Program-made: the position numbers and the translations under genes
The notes under the pieces: generated by a model
What the model saw: the letters and a program-made list of their open reading frames with translations, nothing else
What the model was told of the DNA's origin: nothing
Databases searched by the model: none
Source of the DNA: Thermodesulfobacteriota bacterium
GTDB taxonomy: Bacteria > Desulfobacterota > Desulfobacteria > Desulfobacterales > JAUWMJ01
DNA: 64,000 nt
NCBI GenBank assembly: GCA_034189135.1
Contig: JAXHVO010000125.1
Span: 29,371 to 93,370 of the forward strand
Reading direction: 5' to 3'
Shown here: in pieces, positions 9,200 to 17,815 of the stretch
How positions within the stretch are numbered: position 1 is the first letter of the stretch
How the letters are laid out: each line of letters begins with the position of its first letter

Positions 9200-10453
9200 A
9201 TGAAAGAAACAGAAAAATTAAATATCACTAAAAGCCGGGAACTGTTTGAGGAGGCAACCACACTTATTCCCGGCGGGGTCCTGGGTGCCAGAAAGCCGGC
9301 CGATTTTATTGACGGAGAATACCCCATCTTTCTTGAATCAGGCAAAGGCTGCCGCCTGATCGATGTGGACGGAAATGAATTTATTGATTTTCTCTGCGGT
9401 TACGGGCCCATCATCCTGGGTTACCGTGAAGAAGAGGTCGATGAAGCGGTTTTTAAACAGATCAAAGAGAAGGGATTCTGTTTCACTCTGACGCAGAAAT
9501 TCCAGAACGAACTTGCTAAAAAGCTGACCCAGATTGTGCCCTCTGCTGAAATGAGCATTTTTTTAAAAACCGGGTCCGATGCAACCACCGCCAGCATCCG
9601 TATTGCAAGGGCCTATACCAATAAACTCAAAGTAATGCGTTGCGGTTACCATGGCTGGCACGACTGGTGTGTCGAGATGAAAGGCGGAATTCCGTTAAAA
9701 TTCTACGAAGATGTGTATGAATTTCAATACAACAATCTGGATCAGCTTCAAGACTTAATGGCCACCCATGGTGAAGAAACCGCTGCCATCATCATGACGC
9801 CTTTCGGCCACCCCAACCATCAAAAAATGCAGATCCCCAAGCCCGGATTCCTTGAAGGGGTCAGGGAAATTGCCGACAGGTATGGCGCGGTGCTTGTTTA
9901 TGATGAAATTCGTACCTGTTTCAGGCTTTCAATGGGTGGTGCCCAAAGGCTTTATGGTGTGACCCCCGATCTGACGGTTCTTGGAAAAGCCATGGCCAAC
10001 GGATACCCCATCTCTGTTGTCACCGGAAAAAAGAATGTCATGATGGCAGCTGAACACAAGCTGTTTATCTCTTCTACTTTTTTCCCCAACAGCGAAGCTT
10101 TTGTAGCCGCGCTTAAAACCATTGAAATCCTTGAACGGGATAATGTGCTGGACGATATCTGGGAAAAAGGTGAACGGTTGATGAAAAATATTCAGCAGGT
10201 GATTGATAAGCATGATATAGGCGCTGAGCTGACCGGTGTGGCCCCCATGTTCTATATCACCTTCAAAAAGGACCAAGCAGATGCCTACAAGGGCAAGCGC
10301 AAGGATTTTTACACTCAGCTCATCCGAAGGGGATTCTTTTTTACCCCTTTTCATCATGCGTATATCTGTTACCGACACACTCAAGAAGACCTGGATCAGA
10401 CGGTAAACGCCATTGATGAATCCCTGAATTTTATAAAAGAGAAATATGCATAA
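9200..10453 (+). CDS. Class III (glutamate-1-semialdehyde aminomutase-like) PLP-dependent aminotransferase
   Basis: GYHGWHDW, YDEIRT and LGKAMANGYP motifs are present, the last carrying the PLP lysine context. An AGGAG RBS lies upstream. Confidence 0.75.
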   Translation: MKETEKLNITKSRELFEEATTLIPGGVLGARKPADFIDGEYPIFLESGKGCRLIDVDGNEFIDFLCGYGPIILGYREEEVDEAVFKQIKEKGFCFTLTQKFQNELAKKLTQIVPSAEMSIFLKTGSDATTASIRIARAYTNKLKVMRCGYHGWHDWCVEMKGGIPLKFYEDVYEFQYNNLDQLQDLMATHGEETAAIIMTPFGHPNHQKMQIPKPGFLEGVREIADRYGAVLVYDEIRTCFRLSMGGAQRLYGVTPDLTVLGKAMANGYPISVVTGKKNVMMAAEHKLFISSTFFPNSEAFVAALKTIEILERDNVLDDIWEKGERLMKNIQQVIDKHDIGAELTGVAPMFYITFKKDQADAYKGKRKDFYTQLIRRGFFFTPFHHAYICYRHTQEDLDQTVNAIDESLNFIKEKYA

Positions 10454-10637
10454 CACAGCCTGCCGCGGTTAATCCCCCAGAGCAGGATAAAAATGCGCGT
10501 TGCGCCTCGTAAGAAATGAAACAGATCTGTTGCCATATATGGTCGAGTATGAACTGTTTGCGTTTGAGTGGTAACCGGAATGCCTTTGCCTTAAGCCATT
10601 AGAGCAATTTTTCCATGCTCATGCTATGATTATAGAC

Positions 10638-10664
10638 TTGACAAGTCATTCGCCTCCGTATAAT
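10638..10664 (+). promoter_or_regulatory. Candidate sigma70 promoter (TTGACA-15 nt-TATAAT) about 235 nt upstream of trpB2
   Basis: Exact TTGACA at 10638-10643 and exact TATAAT at 10659-10664. The 15-nt spacer is short. A tandem TGTATAC TGTATAC repeat follows at 10685-10698. Confidence 0.4.
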
Positions 10665-10899
10665 AACTTGGACATGATTATTGTTGTATACTGTATACCA
10701 AGCGTTGGATCAGGCAGTCCCCCTGTTTATTAATAAGGCACGCTTATTTAGCATAAGCAGTTTTGTAAAAAACCCAGATTATAGGCATTCCTGGATATGG
10801 GTTTTTAAATCGATAACTATCTTATTTATTGGATAAATGGCGGTCCGTGGCTGATGACGCCGCAGGCTAAAACAGTAACCACACAGAAAAGGAGGACGT

Positions 10900-12276
10900 A
10901 TGCAAACCAAAAAAATCTTTTTGCCTGAATCTGAGTTGCCTCGCCAATGGTACAATGTCGCTGCTGATATGCCCACGCCGATGGAACCGCCACTCCATCC
11001 AGGGACCGGCCAGCCCGTCGGCCCGGAGGATCTTGCTCCCATCTTTCCCATGCCGCTCATTGAACAGGAAGTGAGCCAGGAAAGGTTTATTGATATTCCG
11101 GAAGAAGTACTGGAAAAATACCTCATCTGGAGGCCGTCACCCCTGTACCGGGCCTATGGCCTGGAAAAATTTCTCGATACACCGGCCAAAATTTATTTTA
11201 AGAATGAAGGGGTCAGCCCTGCCGGAAGCCATAAACCCAACACGGCCATTGCCCAGGCCTATTACAATAAGATATCGGGAACCAAACGAATTCTTACCGA
11301 AACCGGTGCGGGACAGTGGGGAAGCGCCCTCTCTTACTGTTGTGCTCTTTTTGGCTTGGAATGCAAGGTCTACATGGTTAAGGTGAGCTACCAGCAAAAG
11401 CCTTACCGTCGCATGATGATGGAAACCTGGGGGGGAACCTGTGTGGCCAGTCCCAGCACCGAGACTGAGGCCGGTCGTAAAATCCTGGCACAAAACCCCG
11501 ATTCACCGGGAAGTCTTGGTATTGCGATCAGCGAAGCCGTTGAAATGGCGGTCCAGGATGATAAAGCCAAATATTCGCTGGGCAGCGTGTTGAACCACGT
11601 GATGCTGCACCAGACCGTAAACGGCCTGGAGTGTCAGAAACAGATGAAAATTGCCGGTGATTATCCCGACATCATTATCGGATGCGCCGGTGGTGGCAGC
11701 AATTTCGCCGGACTGTGTTTTCCCTATGTCAGAGACAAGGTCAACGGAAAGGATATCGACATTATCGGGGTTGAGCCGACTGCCTGCCCCACCATGACCC
11801 GCGGGCCATTTGCCTACGACTTCGGCGACAACAACCAGATGACCCCGCTCCTTCCCATGCACACTCTGGGGCACACCTTTGTCCCCGAAGGGATTCATGC
11901 CGGTGGGCTCAGATACCATGGTATGGCGCCTCTCATCAGCCAGCTGATCCTGGACAACATTATCCGCCCCGTGGCCATTCCACAGCTTGAAACCTTTGAG
12001 GCCGGCATCACATTCGCCAGGACGGAAGGATTCATCAGTGCGCCGGAAACCACTCACGCCATTGCTGAGGTAATCCGACAAGCCATTCAGGCAAAAGAGG
12101 AAGGCAAAGAAAAGGTGATCCTCTTCAACTGGAGTGGCCACGGTTTGGTGGACATGGCCGCCTACGATGCTTACTTGAGCGGGAAACTTGCCGATCATGA
12201 GCTGGCCCAGGAAGAAATTCAACGGGCTCTTGATGACATCGAACCGCTTCCCAAACCCAAACAGTATACAGGCTGA
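10900..12276 (+). CDS. trpB: TrpB2-type tryptophan synthase beta-like PLP enzyme
   Basis: 458 aa with the long TrpB2 N-terminus ([18 protein letters not shown]), the GSHKPN PLP lysine motif and [12 protein letters not shown] strong RBS (AAGGAGG) lies upstream. Confidence 0.85.
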   Translation: MQTKKIFLPESELPRQWYNVAADMPTPMEPPLHPGTGQPVGPEDLAPIFPMPLIEQEVSQERFIDIPEEVLEKYLIWRPSPLYRAYGLEKFLDTPAKIYFKNEGVSPAGSHKPNTAIAQAYYNKISGTKRILTETGAGQWGSALSYCCALFGLECKVYMVKVSYQQKPYRRMMMETWGGTCVASPSTETEAGRKILAQNPDSPGSLGIAISEAVEMAVQDDKAKYSLGSVLNHVMLHQTVNGLECQKQMKIAGDYPDIIIGCAGGGSNFAGLCFPYVRDKVNGKDIDIIGVEPTACPTMTRGPFAYDFGDNNQMTPLLPMHTLGHTFVPEGIHAGGLRYHGMAPLISQLILDNIIRPVAIPQLETFEAGITFARTEGFISAPETTHAIAEVIRQAIQAKEEGKEKVILFNWSGHGLVDMAAYDAYLSGKLADHELAQEEIQRALDDIEPLPKPKQYTG

Positions 12277-12298
12277 TCTTTGCTAAACTCATAATTTC

Positions 12299-12336
12299 TG
12301 CCGGAGGCCACTGCGCCTCCGGCAATATTTATATTT
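12299..12336 (+). terminator. Rho-independent terminator after trpB2
   Basis: A 10-bp perfect stem tgccggaggc/gcctccggca with a 6-nt loop is followed by the T-rich atatttatattt. Confidence 0.6.
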
Positions 12337-12342
12337 CTGCCC

Positions 12343-12618
12343 ATGAAACAAAAACACACACCCCCCGGAGACGAATTTCAGATCCGCTGCCCCAGATTGG
12401 GACATCAAATCTCTTTCTCTTACTGCCGCATAGAAAACAACGGCCAGCCCTGCTTTAAAACATTTGACTGCTGGTACCAACACTTTCAGGTGGAAGACTT
12501 TCTTAAAAAAGAACTGTCTGAAGAAGAGTTTAATAAGATTTCCAGAAAGCAGGTTAAACCCAAAGTACTTTCTCTGTTGGAAATGATCGAGCAGGCCAAG
12601 AAATCAAAGCAAAAATAG
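12343..12618 (+). CDS. Small Cys-containing hypothetical protein (91 aa)
   Basis: Intact ORF with a CPRLGH...YC...PC...DCW pattern and a lysine-rich tail. There is no clear RBS. Confidence 0.4.
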   Translation: MKQKHTPPGDEFQIRCPRLGHQISFSYCRIENNGQPCFKTFDCWYQHFQVEDFLKKELSEEEFNKISRKQVKPKVLSLLEMIEQAKKSKQK

Positions 12619-12630
12619 GATTGTCAGCGG

Positions 12631-12867
12631 TTCATCCGGGGAATAGGCTTTCGCCCGTTGCGATTTTTAACAATTTTATCTGAGAACCAACGTACGGCAG
12701 CTATCTCGCTGAGATTAAATTTGAACCAGCCCCAGCAGACAGAATTCCACAGCAACGATGATCGTCTCTGCCTGTATAGACTTAACTCAAATGATAGAGG
12801 GCGGCTGCGGTGGTTTGAATTTATTTGTTAAAGATCGCAACGGGCGAAAGCCTATTCCCCGGATGAA
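12631..12867 (+). repeat. 237-nt structured palindromic element, family D, copy 1 (43-bp closing stem, conserved core)
   Basis: 12631-12673 is the reverse complement of 12825-12867 with 1 mismatch in 43. The element is homologous over its full length to 36951..37187. Confidence 0.85.
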
Positions 12868-12885
12868 AGAAAATTAATAAACTCC

Positions 12886-13605
12886 TCAATCCCTCAAATA
12901 TTTATTTCTGTCCGCCATAAAATCCCTGTAGATCCTGTAATGTTCCGTCTTCTCATAATCGATTGACTTTACAGGTATTTTATCGAAGCTGTAAATGGTC
13001 GCCTCCGGGCATGCCATCAGAATAGGTGAATGAGTTGCAATGACAAACTGGGCATGTCCTGCCTCGCTGTTATCCTTGAGTACCTGAAGCAATTCAAGCT
13101 GGCTCCTTGGTGAAAGTGCTGTTTCCGGTTCATCCAGAAAATATAGCCCCCTGAACCTGTATCTTGCTTTGAAAAACGACATGAGGGATTGCCCATGGGA
13201 CTGTGTCATCAGTGATTTCCCACCAAAGTATTCCAAAATTCCCGGGTCGGAAGCCGCCCATTCATCCAGGCACTGGGCAAAGTTTTTAGATATTTCTGAA
13301 TCAAAATAAGATCCGGGCACTGTACCGTCACGCCAGCTGACTGAAATGAATTTAAAAAGCATTCCTTCATATGGATTCGACTCAAACCGGGTCCTCTCTA
13401 TGCCTTCCCATATGTGAATACGGCATTTTTGTGCCAGCGCCTGTAAAAGGCTTGATTTTCCGGTACCATTTTCCCCGGTAAAAAACGTGACAGGTGTGAT
13501 AAAATCCAGTTGACATTCTTGCTGAAATATATCCAGGTTAAAGGGATAGTATTCACGGGTCGGACATTTCTCCACAGACAGTGCAATGCTTTTAAGATGT
13601 ATCAT
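12886..13605 (-). CDS. AAA/ABC-fold ATPase (COG3910-like predicted ATPase)
   Basis: Walker A (GENGTGKSS), Q-loop/signature region (SHGQS) and Walker B (LYFLDEPETALS) followed by THSP. Confidence 0.7.
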   Translation of the reverse strand: MIHLKSIALSVEKCPTREYYPFNLDIFQQECQLDFITPVTFFTGENGTGKSSLLQALAQKCRIHIWEGIERTRFESNPYEGMLFKFISVSWRDGTVPGSYFDSEISKNFAQCLDEWAASDPGILEYFGGKSLMTQSHGQSLMSFFKARYRFRGLYFLDEPETALSPRSQLELLQVLKDNSEAGHAQFVIATHSPILMACPEATIYSFDKIPVKSIDYEKTEHYRIYRDFMADRNKYLRD

Positions 13606-13743
13606 AGGGCCTTGTGTATTTTTAATTTTTCACAGTGGTCGGTTCACGGTTCTCCGTATTCAGGTACTGACACCACAAGCAGAGGCAACATTAGTTAAAA
13701 TGACTCATGGTGTCAAGTGTCAAAACCAGCGAAGTTTTGCCCA

Positions 13744-14823
13744 TCACAGCTCCTTGCGAATAAAAGGTCTGCAGCGGCTGGAAAATTCAACCAGTTGATT
13801 CAGTTTTTTTCTGGCAGTTCCGGAGTCAATAATGCTGGCTGCCCGCAGAATACCGTCTTCTAAAATGCTGTCAACACCTGCTGCGACAAACGCAGCCGCC
13901 GCATTGAGCACCACCACATCCCTTCTTGGACCTGTTTCGCCATCAAGAACATCATTTATGATCTGTGCATTTTTTCGTGCATCTCCGCCTTTAATTGATT
14001 CACGATCCGCTCTCTTCATCCCGTAATTTTCAGGTTCTATAATAAATGATTCCACCTCGCCATTTTTCAAGCGAGAGACAAAAGTCGGGCCGCATATACT
14101 TATTTCATCGATGGTTCCCTCACCGTAAACGACAAAAGCCTCTCTGGCGCCCAGGTTCAGCAAAACTTGAGCCATTTTTTCCGTCAAGGATGATTCATAT
14201 ACACCCAGCACATGAGCAGAAGCACCGGTGGGATTTGCCAGCGGTCCGATCAGATTAAAAATGGTACGAATTCCCATTTCTTCTCTAAGGTGTGCCACAT
14301 TTCGCATCGCCCCTTGGGAAAGCGGTGTAAAAAGAAAACCGATACCCACTTCACTGACACATCTTTCAACATCGGAAACAGGAATATCCAAATTCACCCC
14401 CAGGTTTGCCAGCACATCTGCAGCGCCGAAATACATGGAAGCCGCCCGATTTCCATGCCGGGCGACTTTTATTCCTGCCCCGGCAACCACAAATATAGTG
14501 GCAGTAGAAATATTAAATGTGCTTGTACCCTCTTGATCTGTATCGGTTGTATTCAGTAAGGTTTCTCCTTCAACGTTGATATCATCCCGATCCAGATTTA
14601 ACAGATGGTTGCCCAGTTTCAGTTTCAACGCCCTTGATCTCAATGCCTTGGCAGCCCCTGTTATTTCTTCAACGGTTTCTCTTTTCATTCTCAAAGCGGT
14701 GACAAACGATCCTATCTGAGATGACGAAACCTTACCGTCAAACACCTCTGCCATTGCCTGTTCCATATCAGCTTCGGATAAATTGTCTCCCCCAATTACC
14801 TTTGTTATCAAGTCTTTAATCAT
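13744..14823 (-). CDS. trpD: Anthranilate phosphoribosyltransferase
   Basis: Typical TrpD N-terminus (LSEADMEQAMAEVFDGKVSSSQIGSFVTALRMKRET) with GTSTFNIST and KHGNRA-like (ARHGNRA) motifs. Confidence 0.9.
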   Translation of the reverse strand: MIKDLITKVIGGDNLSEADMEQAMAEVFDGKVSSSQIGSFVTALRMKRETVEEITGAAKALRSRALKLKLGNHLLNLDRDDINVEGETLLNTTDTDQEGTSTFNISTATIFVVAGAGIKVARHGNRAASMYFGAADVLANLGVNLDIPVSDVERCVSEVGIGFLFTPLSQGAMRNVAHLREEMGIRTIFNLIGPLANPTGASAHVLGVYESSLTEKMAQVLLNLGAREAFVVYGEGTIDEISICGPTFVSRLKNGEVESFIIEPENYGMKRADRESIKGGDARKNAQIINDVLDGETGPRRDVVVLNAAAAFVAAGVDSILEDGILRAASIIDSGTARKKLNQLVEFSSRCRPFIRKEL

Positions 14824-14880
14824 TCTGCCCTCCTTTTGTTATTTTCCAAACTTTCATTTTCTAACCGGATTCACCTCCAT

Positions 14881-15090
14881 AAAAAAAGCCGTGGATTTTT
14901 GGTTTCCACGGCCTTTTGTAATAATTTGAAAAGAAAAAACCGCGGAACCTCAATAAAAGCGGCCCACGGTTTTTTTAATCCATCATACCTTTTTTTATAT
15001 TTAAACGGGTGGGCACACCTTTAACACCATGCTGCGCCAACACCAGTTACAATGAAATTTGATGTTTCTTTTTTCTATAAAATTAAACAT
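14881..15090 (-). promoter_or_regulatory. Candidate trp leader/attenuator: 29-codon ORF with W-C-W followed by two terminator-like hairpins upstream of trpD
   Basis: The minus-strand ORF 15090..15001 encodes MFNFIEKRNIKFHCNWCWRSMVLKVCPPV. Hairpin aaccgtgg/ccgcggtt (14938-14971) and hairpin gccgtgga/tccacggc (14888-14912) are each followed by a U-run on the minus strand. Confidence 0.3.
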
Positions 15091-15190
15091 AGCTTTTCTT
15101 AAACCTTACTATAAGCTAAATGTCAACCCATAATCACAAGTTGCACACCTTGAATGCTTTTTGGTTTTAAAAAACGCTCTTTTCAAAAAA

Positions 15191-15490
15191 TAACTCAAGT
15201 TTCGCACCCTTGATTTCCGTCATTGTCAGACGGAAAGGGGTAAAAATAATATTTTTAAAGCGAAATCATTTTCTGTTATTTTGCAGCCGGCACCCAGTGG
15301 TTTATACCATATGATCAGGCGCAAACAAGATATCACTTATTGGATTGAATAAGGGATTAAGCGTCAATTTTATATTTATGGATGGGCGCCGTCCTTAAAA
15401 TCACCGGTATTATATTTCACTTTTAAAATTTATTTTTGCCCCTTACCGTCCATTGCTTTAGATAATATTGAGGGTGCGAAACTTGAGTAA
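15191..15490. mobile_element. MITE-like repeat, family B, copy 1
   Basis: 20-bp terminal inverted repeats taactcaagtttcgcaccct / agggtgcgaaacttgagtaa match at 19 of 20. Sub-terminal gacggaaaggggtaaaaata is also inverted. Confidence 0.75.
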
Positions 15491-15500
15491 TAAATTAATC

Positions 15501-17795
15501 CTATTTTTCCAATTCTTCCTTAACCGCAAGACCCATTTTCCCCAGGGTATACGGCTTCTTGATGTATTTTCCAGCACCCAATTTTTGAGCCTCTTTGACC
15601 CGATGTGTTTCAGAAAATCCACTGGCGATGATTGCCCTCTGGTCAGGATGTAACTTAATGATTCTTTTATACGTCTCAAGTCCGTCAATCCCCGGATCCA
15701 TAATCATATCTAAAACCAATAAATCTGCCGCATTCTTCATCATGTAATCAAGGGCTTCCTCACCGCTTGATACAGTCACCACTGAATAATGCAATTTGTT
15801 CAACAAGGTAGATGCAAGTTTTCTTTGCTCTTTGATATCATCCACCACCAATATTGACTCTCCCTTACCGAGATAATCTTCAATGGAAATATCGGATTTA
15901 TCTGACACGACCTCTTCCCTGGTTACCGGGAAGTAGAGTGTAAATGTGGTTCCTTTCCCTGTAGTGCTTTCAACATTAATATAGCCTTTATGATCCTTCA
16001 CCGTTCCCCACACCACAGCCATTCCCAATCCGGTTCCGCTCTTTCCCATGACCTTTTTGGTATAGAAGGGTTCAAATATCTTTTCCATATCCTCTTTGGA
16101 GATACCTGTTCCGATATCAACGATCTTCAGGGTCACATAATCCCCCTCCTCCACATGGTCACACCCCTTGATGGGTCTATCAATATATTGGTTCTCAGTC
16201 GATATAAAAATCTTTCCGCCATTCGACATTGCCTCAGCTGCATTCGAAAGCAGATTCATGACAGTTTTGGACAGATGGGTGGTAGAACCCTTGATATTTA
16301 GAAGATCTTTTTCAAAATGGGTCTCCACCATTACGTTAGAGTGAAATGTTGTTAGTTTTTGGAATTCAGCGCTTGTCAATTGATTCGCAACAATATCATT
16401 CAAATTCACCACTTCTTCGACAGAAACCCCTCTTCGTGCGAGGGTGAGCAAATCCTGTACGATAATGGCAGCTCTTTCTCCAGAGCTTTGTATGGTTAAG
16501 ATGGATTCCCTCAAAGGGCTGTCTTCAGGCAGGTCCATTAAGATTAGCTCGGGGTAACTGACAATGCCTGACAGGATATTGTTAAGGTCATGCGCCACCC
16601 CCCCTGCCAATGTACCAATGGCTTCCATTTTTTGCGCACGCTGGAGTTCGGCTTCAAGTTTTTTCTTCTCGCTGAGGTCCACAAAACTCTCCAGAAAATA
16701 TTCCTTACCGCCCAATATGATAGGAACAACCGTCTTTAAGATAGGAATTTTTTCACCATCTGCCTTAAGCAGTATATGCTCTGAGTTATCCACCTTTTGC
16801 CCTAAATCGGCGATCGGACATTTTCCCTTTTCCGCAGGGCAGATATGCTTATGACACACGTGACCGATAATATGCTCTTTAAGATCTCCTATCATTTGGG
16901 TGGCAGCGGTATTCACCTCAACAATCTTTTTTGTTTCAGCATCGATGGTAATAATTCCTGTTTGTACCGAATCCATTATGGTCTTTTGGCGCTCATCGCT
17001 CTTTTTTAAAGCCGCGATCAGCTTGTTGACTTCATCATTCTTTTTGTTGAGGTTTTCTATCATGGAGTTAAAAGAGAGAACCAGCTGTCCGATTTCATCT
17101 TTTCGACCGATATCCACCTTACTAAACTTGCCTTCAGCAACCCCCTCGGTTGCCTGTATAATTCTTTTAAGGGGTAAATTGACAAAAATATTGAAGACGA
17201 TAAACAGTGTGAAAAGCACCAGAATCAGCACCCCAAAGGTACCCAAATACACAATTTTTTTGGCCAAAAAAATGGGTGCCATATAATCTTCTTCGGAAAT
17301 ACAGCTTACCACATGCCAATTCCAGAAAGGAAAGTACTGGTAGTGCATCCTCACCAAAGTATTCCTGAATTTTTGTGTGGTAATCTCGCTTTTACCCTTG
17401 GAAAACTTTGGAGGTACCAGGGTTTCGTTTTTTATATCCAAAGATGAACCCAGCACCGTCAGGTTGTCTTCGATAATAAACATATTAATTTTATGTAATT
17501 GTTTGCTGATTTCCTTTATTTCTTTGATCGCCTCATTCTTTAAAGCAACGATCATTTCCCTGTCATCTTCCAACCTGAGATCCATCAGATAGTTAAGGTG
17601 GTTTTCACAAACTGTGAGCCCAATATTCGAGGCCAATTTAAGCTCCGCATCCGTCCTGTTTTGTATGAAAGCAACTAGAGGAGGGGTAAGGTAGGAAGCG
17701 CATATGATAGACAAGAGAAGACCGGCTCCCAGTACAGGAAGCAAAATTGATAAGAGAATCCTGTTTTTAAGAAACTGCAGTCCGTCTTTTCTCAT
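15501..17795 (-). CDS. Hybrid sensor histidine kinase (TM sensor, HAMP, PAS, HisKA, HATPase_c, C-terminal receiver)
   Basis: H-box (GGVAHDLNNILSGI), G-box (GTGLGMAVV) and receiver (ILVVDDIKEQR...LLVLDMIMDPGIDG...K) are present, with an N-terminal TM segment. Confidence 0.9.
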   Translation of the reverse strand: MRKDGLQFLKNRILLSILLPVLGAGLLLSIICASYLTPPLVAFIQNRTDAELKLASNIGLTVCENHLNYLMDLRLEDDREMIVALKNEAIKEIKEISKQLHKINMFIIEDNLTVLGSSLDIKNETLVPPKFSKGKSEITTQKFRNTLVRMHYQYFPFWNWHVVSCISEEDYMAPIFLAKKIVYLGTFGVLILVLFTLFIVFNIFVNLPLKRIIQATEGVAEGKFSKVDIGRKDEIGQLVLSFNSMIENLNKKNDEVNKLIAALKKSDERQKTIMDSVQTGIITIDAETKKIVEVNTAATQMIGDLKEHIIGHVCHKHICPAEKGKCPIADLGQKVDNSEHILLKADGEKIPILKTVVPIILGGKEYFLESFVDLSEKKKLEAELQRAQKMEAIGTLAGGVAHDLNNILSGIVSYPELILMDLPEDSPLRESILTIQSSGERAAIIVQDLLTLARRGVSVEEVVNLNDIVANQLTSAEFQKLTTFHSNVMVETHFEKDLLNIKGSTTHLSKTVMNLLSNAAEAMSNGGKIFISTENQYIDRPIKGCDHVEEGDYVTLKIVDIGTGISKEDMEKIFEPFYTKKVMGKSGTGLGMAVVWGTVKDHKGYINVESTTGKGTTFTLYFPVTREEVVSDKSDISIEDYLGKGESILVVDDIKEQRKLASTLLNKLHYSVVTVSSGEEALDYMMKNAADLLVLDMIMDPGIDGLETYKRIIKLHPDQRAIIASGFSETHRVKEAQKLGAGKYIKKPYTLGKMGLAVKEELEK

Positions 17796-17815
17796 GGGGT
17801 TCCTCTTTCCATGAA

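Noticed and set aside
10779-11126. 115-aa minus-strand ORF spanning the trpB2 start region
   Set aside because: It is antisense to the trpB2 RBS and N-terminus and is rich in Ser, Gly and Trp from frame effects. There is no support for it.
12307-12313. GCCACTG (B12-box core) downstream of trpB2 as a hint of a cobalamin riboswitch
   Set aside because: The heptamer lies at the loop end of the terminator hairpin, with no surrounding riboswitch-like conserved structure. The gene context does not fit either.
12721-12735. tRNA-like T-arm resemblance (t(t/c)gaaccagcccc) in the family D element, and a retron msr/msd interpretation of its long flanking inverted repeats
   Set aside because: No cloverleaf can be drawn around the motif. 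No reverse transcriptase gene is adjacent to either copy.
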